From NCBI GenBank assembly GCA_965116905.1, contig OZ220732.1:256001-320000 (forward strand): a DNA stretch of 64,000 nucleotides, read 5' to 3'. The stretch is from Longimicrobiales bacterium. GTDB taxonomy: Bacteria > Gemmatimonadota > Gemmatimonadetes > Longimicrobiales > Gaopeijiaceae. Every line of letters begins with the position of its first letter. Positions within the stretch are counted from its first letter, which is position 1. The translations under genes were made by a program, and so were the position numbers. Shown one piece after another: positions 63,774 through 64,000 of the stretch. The notes below the pieces were generated by a model, which saw nothing but the letters and a program-made list of their open reading frames with translations, did not search any database and was not told the origin of the DNA.

Positions 63774-64000
63774 ATGAACACCACGCAACTCGGAGAACGG
63801 ATCGCCGAACTCGCCGCCCGGATCAACATCGCCACCCACGAGATGCTCACCCTCGTCGCCGAGTTCGACCGCCGCGAGGGATGGGCCGACGCCTTCGACT
63901 CCTGCGCCGAGTGGCTCGCCTGGCGGACCGGACGCACGGTCGCCACCTGCCGCGAGAACGTGCGCGTCGCGCATGCGCTCGAGGACCTGCCCGCCACCTC
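63774..64000 (+). CDS. DUF222-family protein (usually with C-terminal HNH), 5' part only
   Basis: SD GGAGG; MNTTQLGERIAELAARINIATHEMLTLVAEFDRREGWADAFDSCAEWLAWRTG...RENVRVAHALEDLP. Confidence 0.85.
   Translation, partial: MNTTQLGERIAELAARINIATHEMLTLVAEFDRREGWADAFDSCAEWLAWRTGRTVATCRENVRVAHALEDLPAT

Noticed and set aside
1..64000. Many long alternative-frame and antisense ORFs in the track (e.g. 6035-7939 +, 9985-11826 +, 30682-32955 -, 53258-55684 +, 59919-61892 +)
   Set aside because: They shadow recognisable genes, are Arg/Pro/Gly-rich and lack motifs. This is expected from stop-codon scarcity at high GC.

Overview
GC-rich bacterial chromosomal window, mostly core or housekeeping genes. Gene content and protein style suggest Gemmatimonadota, possibly a host- or sponge-associated lineage (inference only). 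About 63 CDS are supported. They include recF with a partial DUF721, ssb, infA, rpsU and fatty-acid/acyl-CoA enzymes; an envelope operon (PorX-like response regulator-PglZ, MsbA-like ABC, LpxL-like acyltransferase, GT2, DUF3108); many peptidases and amidohydrolases; one intact and one apparently dead DEAD-box helicase; an APC-EIIA-RCK_C fusion; msrPQ; a DUF4159 cluster; and the 5' part of a DUF222-type gene at the right edge. I found no rRNA, tRNA or CRISPR array. Five features stand out. (1) A ~340-nt multi-branched nested-stem structure lies just upstream of the DUF222 (usually HNH-associated) gene and is a candidate element-associated ncRNA or ssDNA end. (2) A 2-kb scrambled duplication of a hydrolase 3' end is interleaved with Ig-like, LRR and zincin fragments, most likely a consensus artefact over a strain-variable locus. 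(3) A DEAD-box pseudo-helicase retains its DbpA RNA-binding domain. (4) Tandem micro-duplications of 12-24 bp are pervasive and often centred on start or stop codons. (5) An 18-bp inverted repeat flanks a divergent promoter region. All family assignments come from motif recognition by eye, not database searches.
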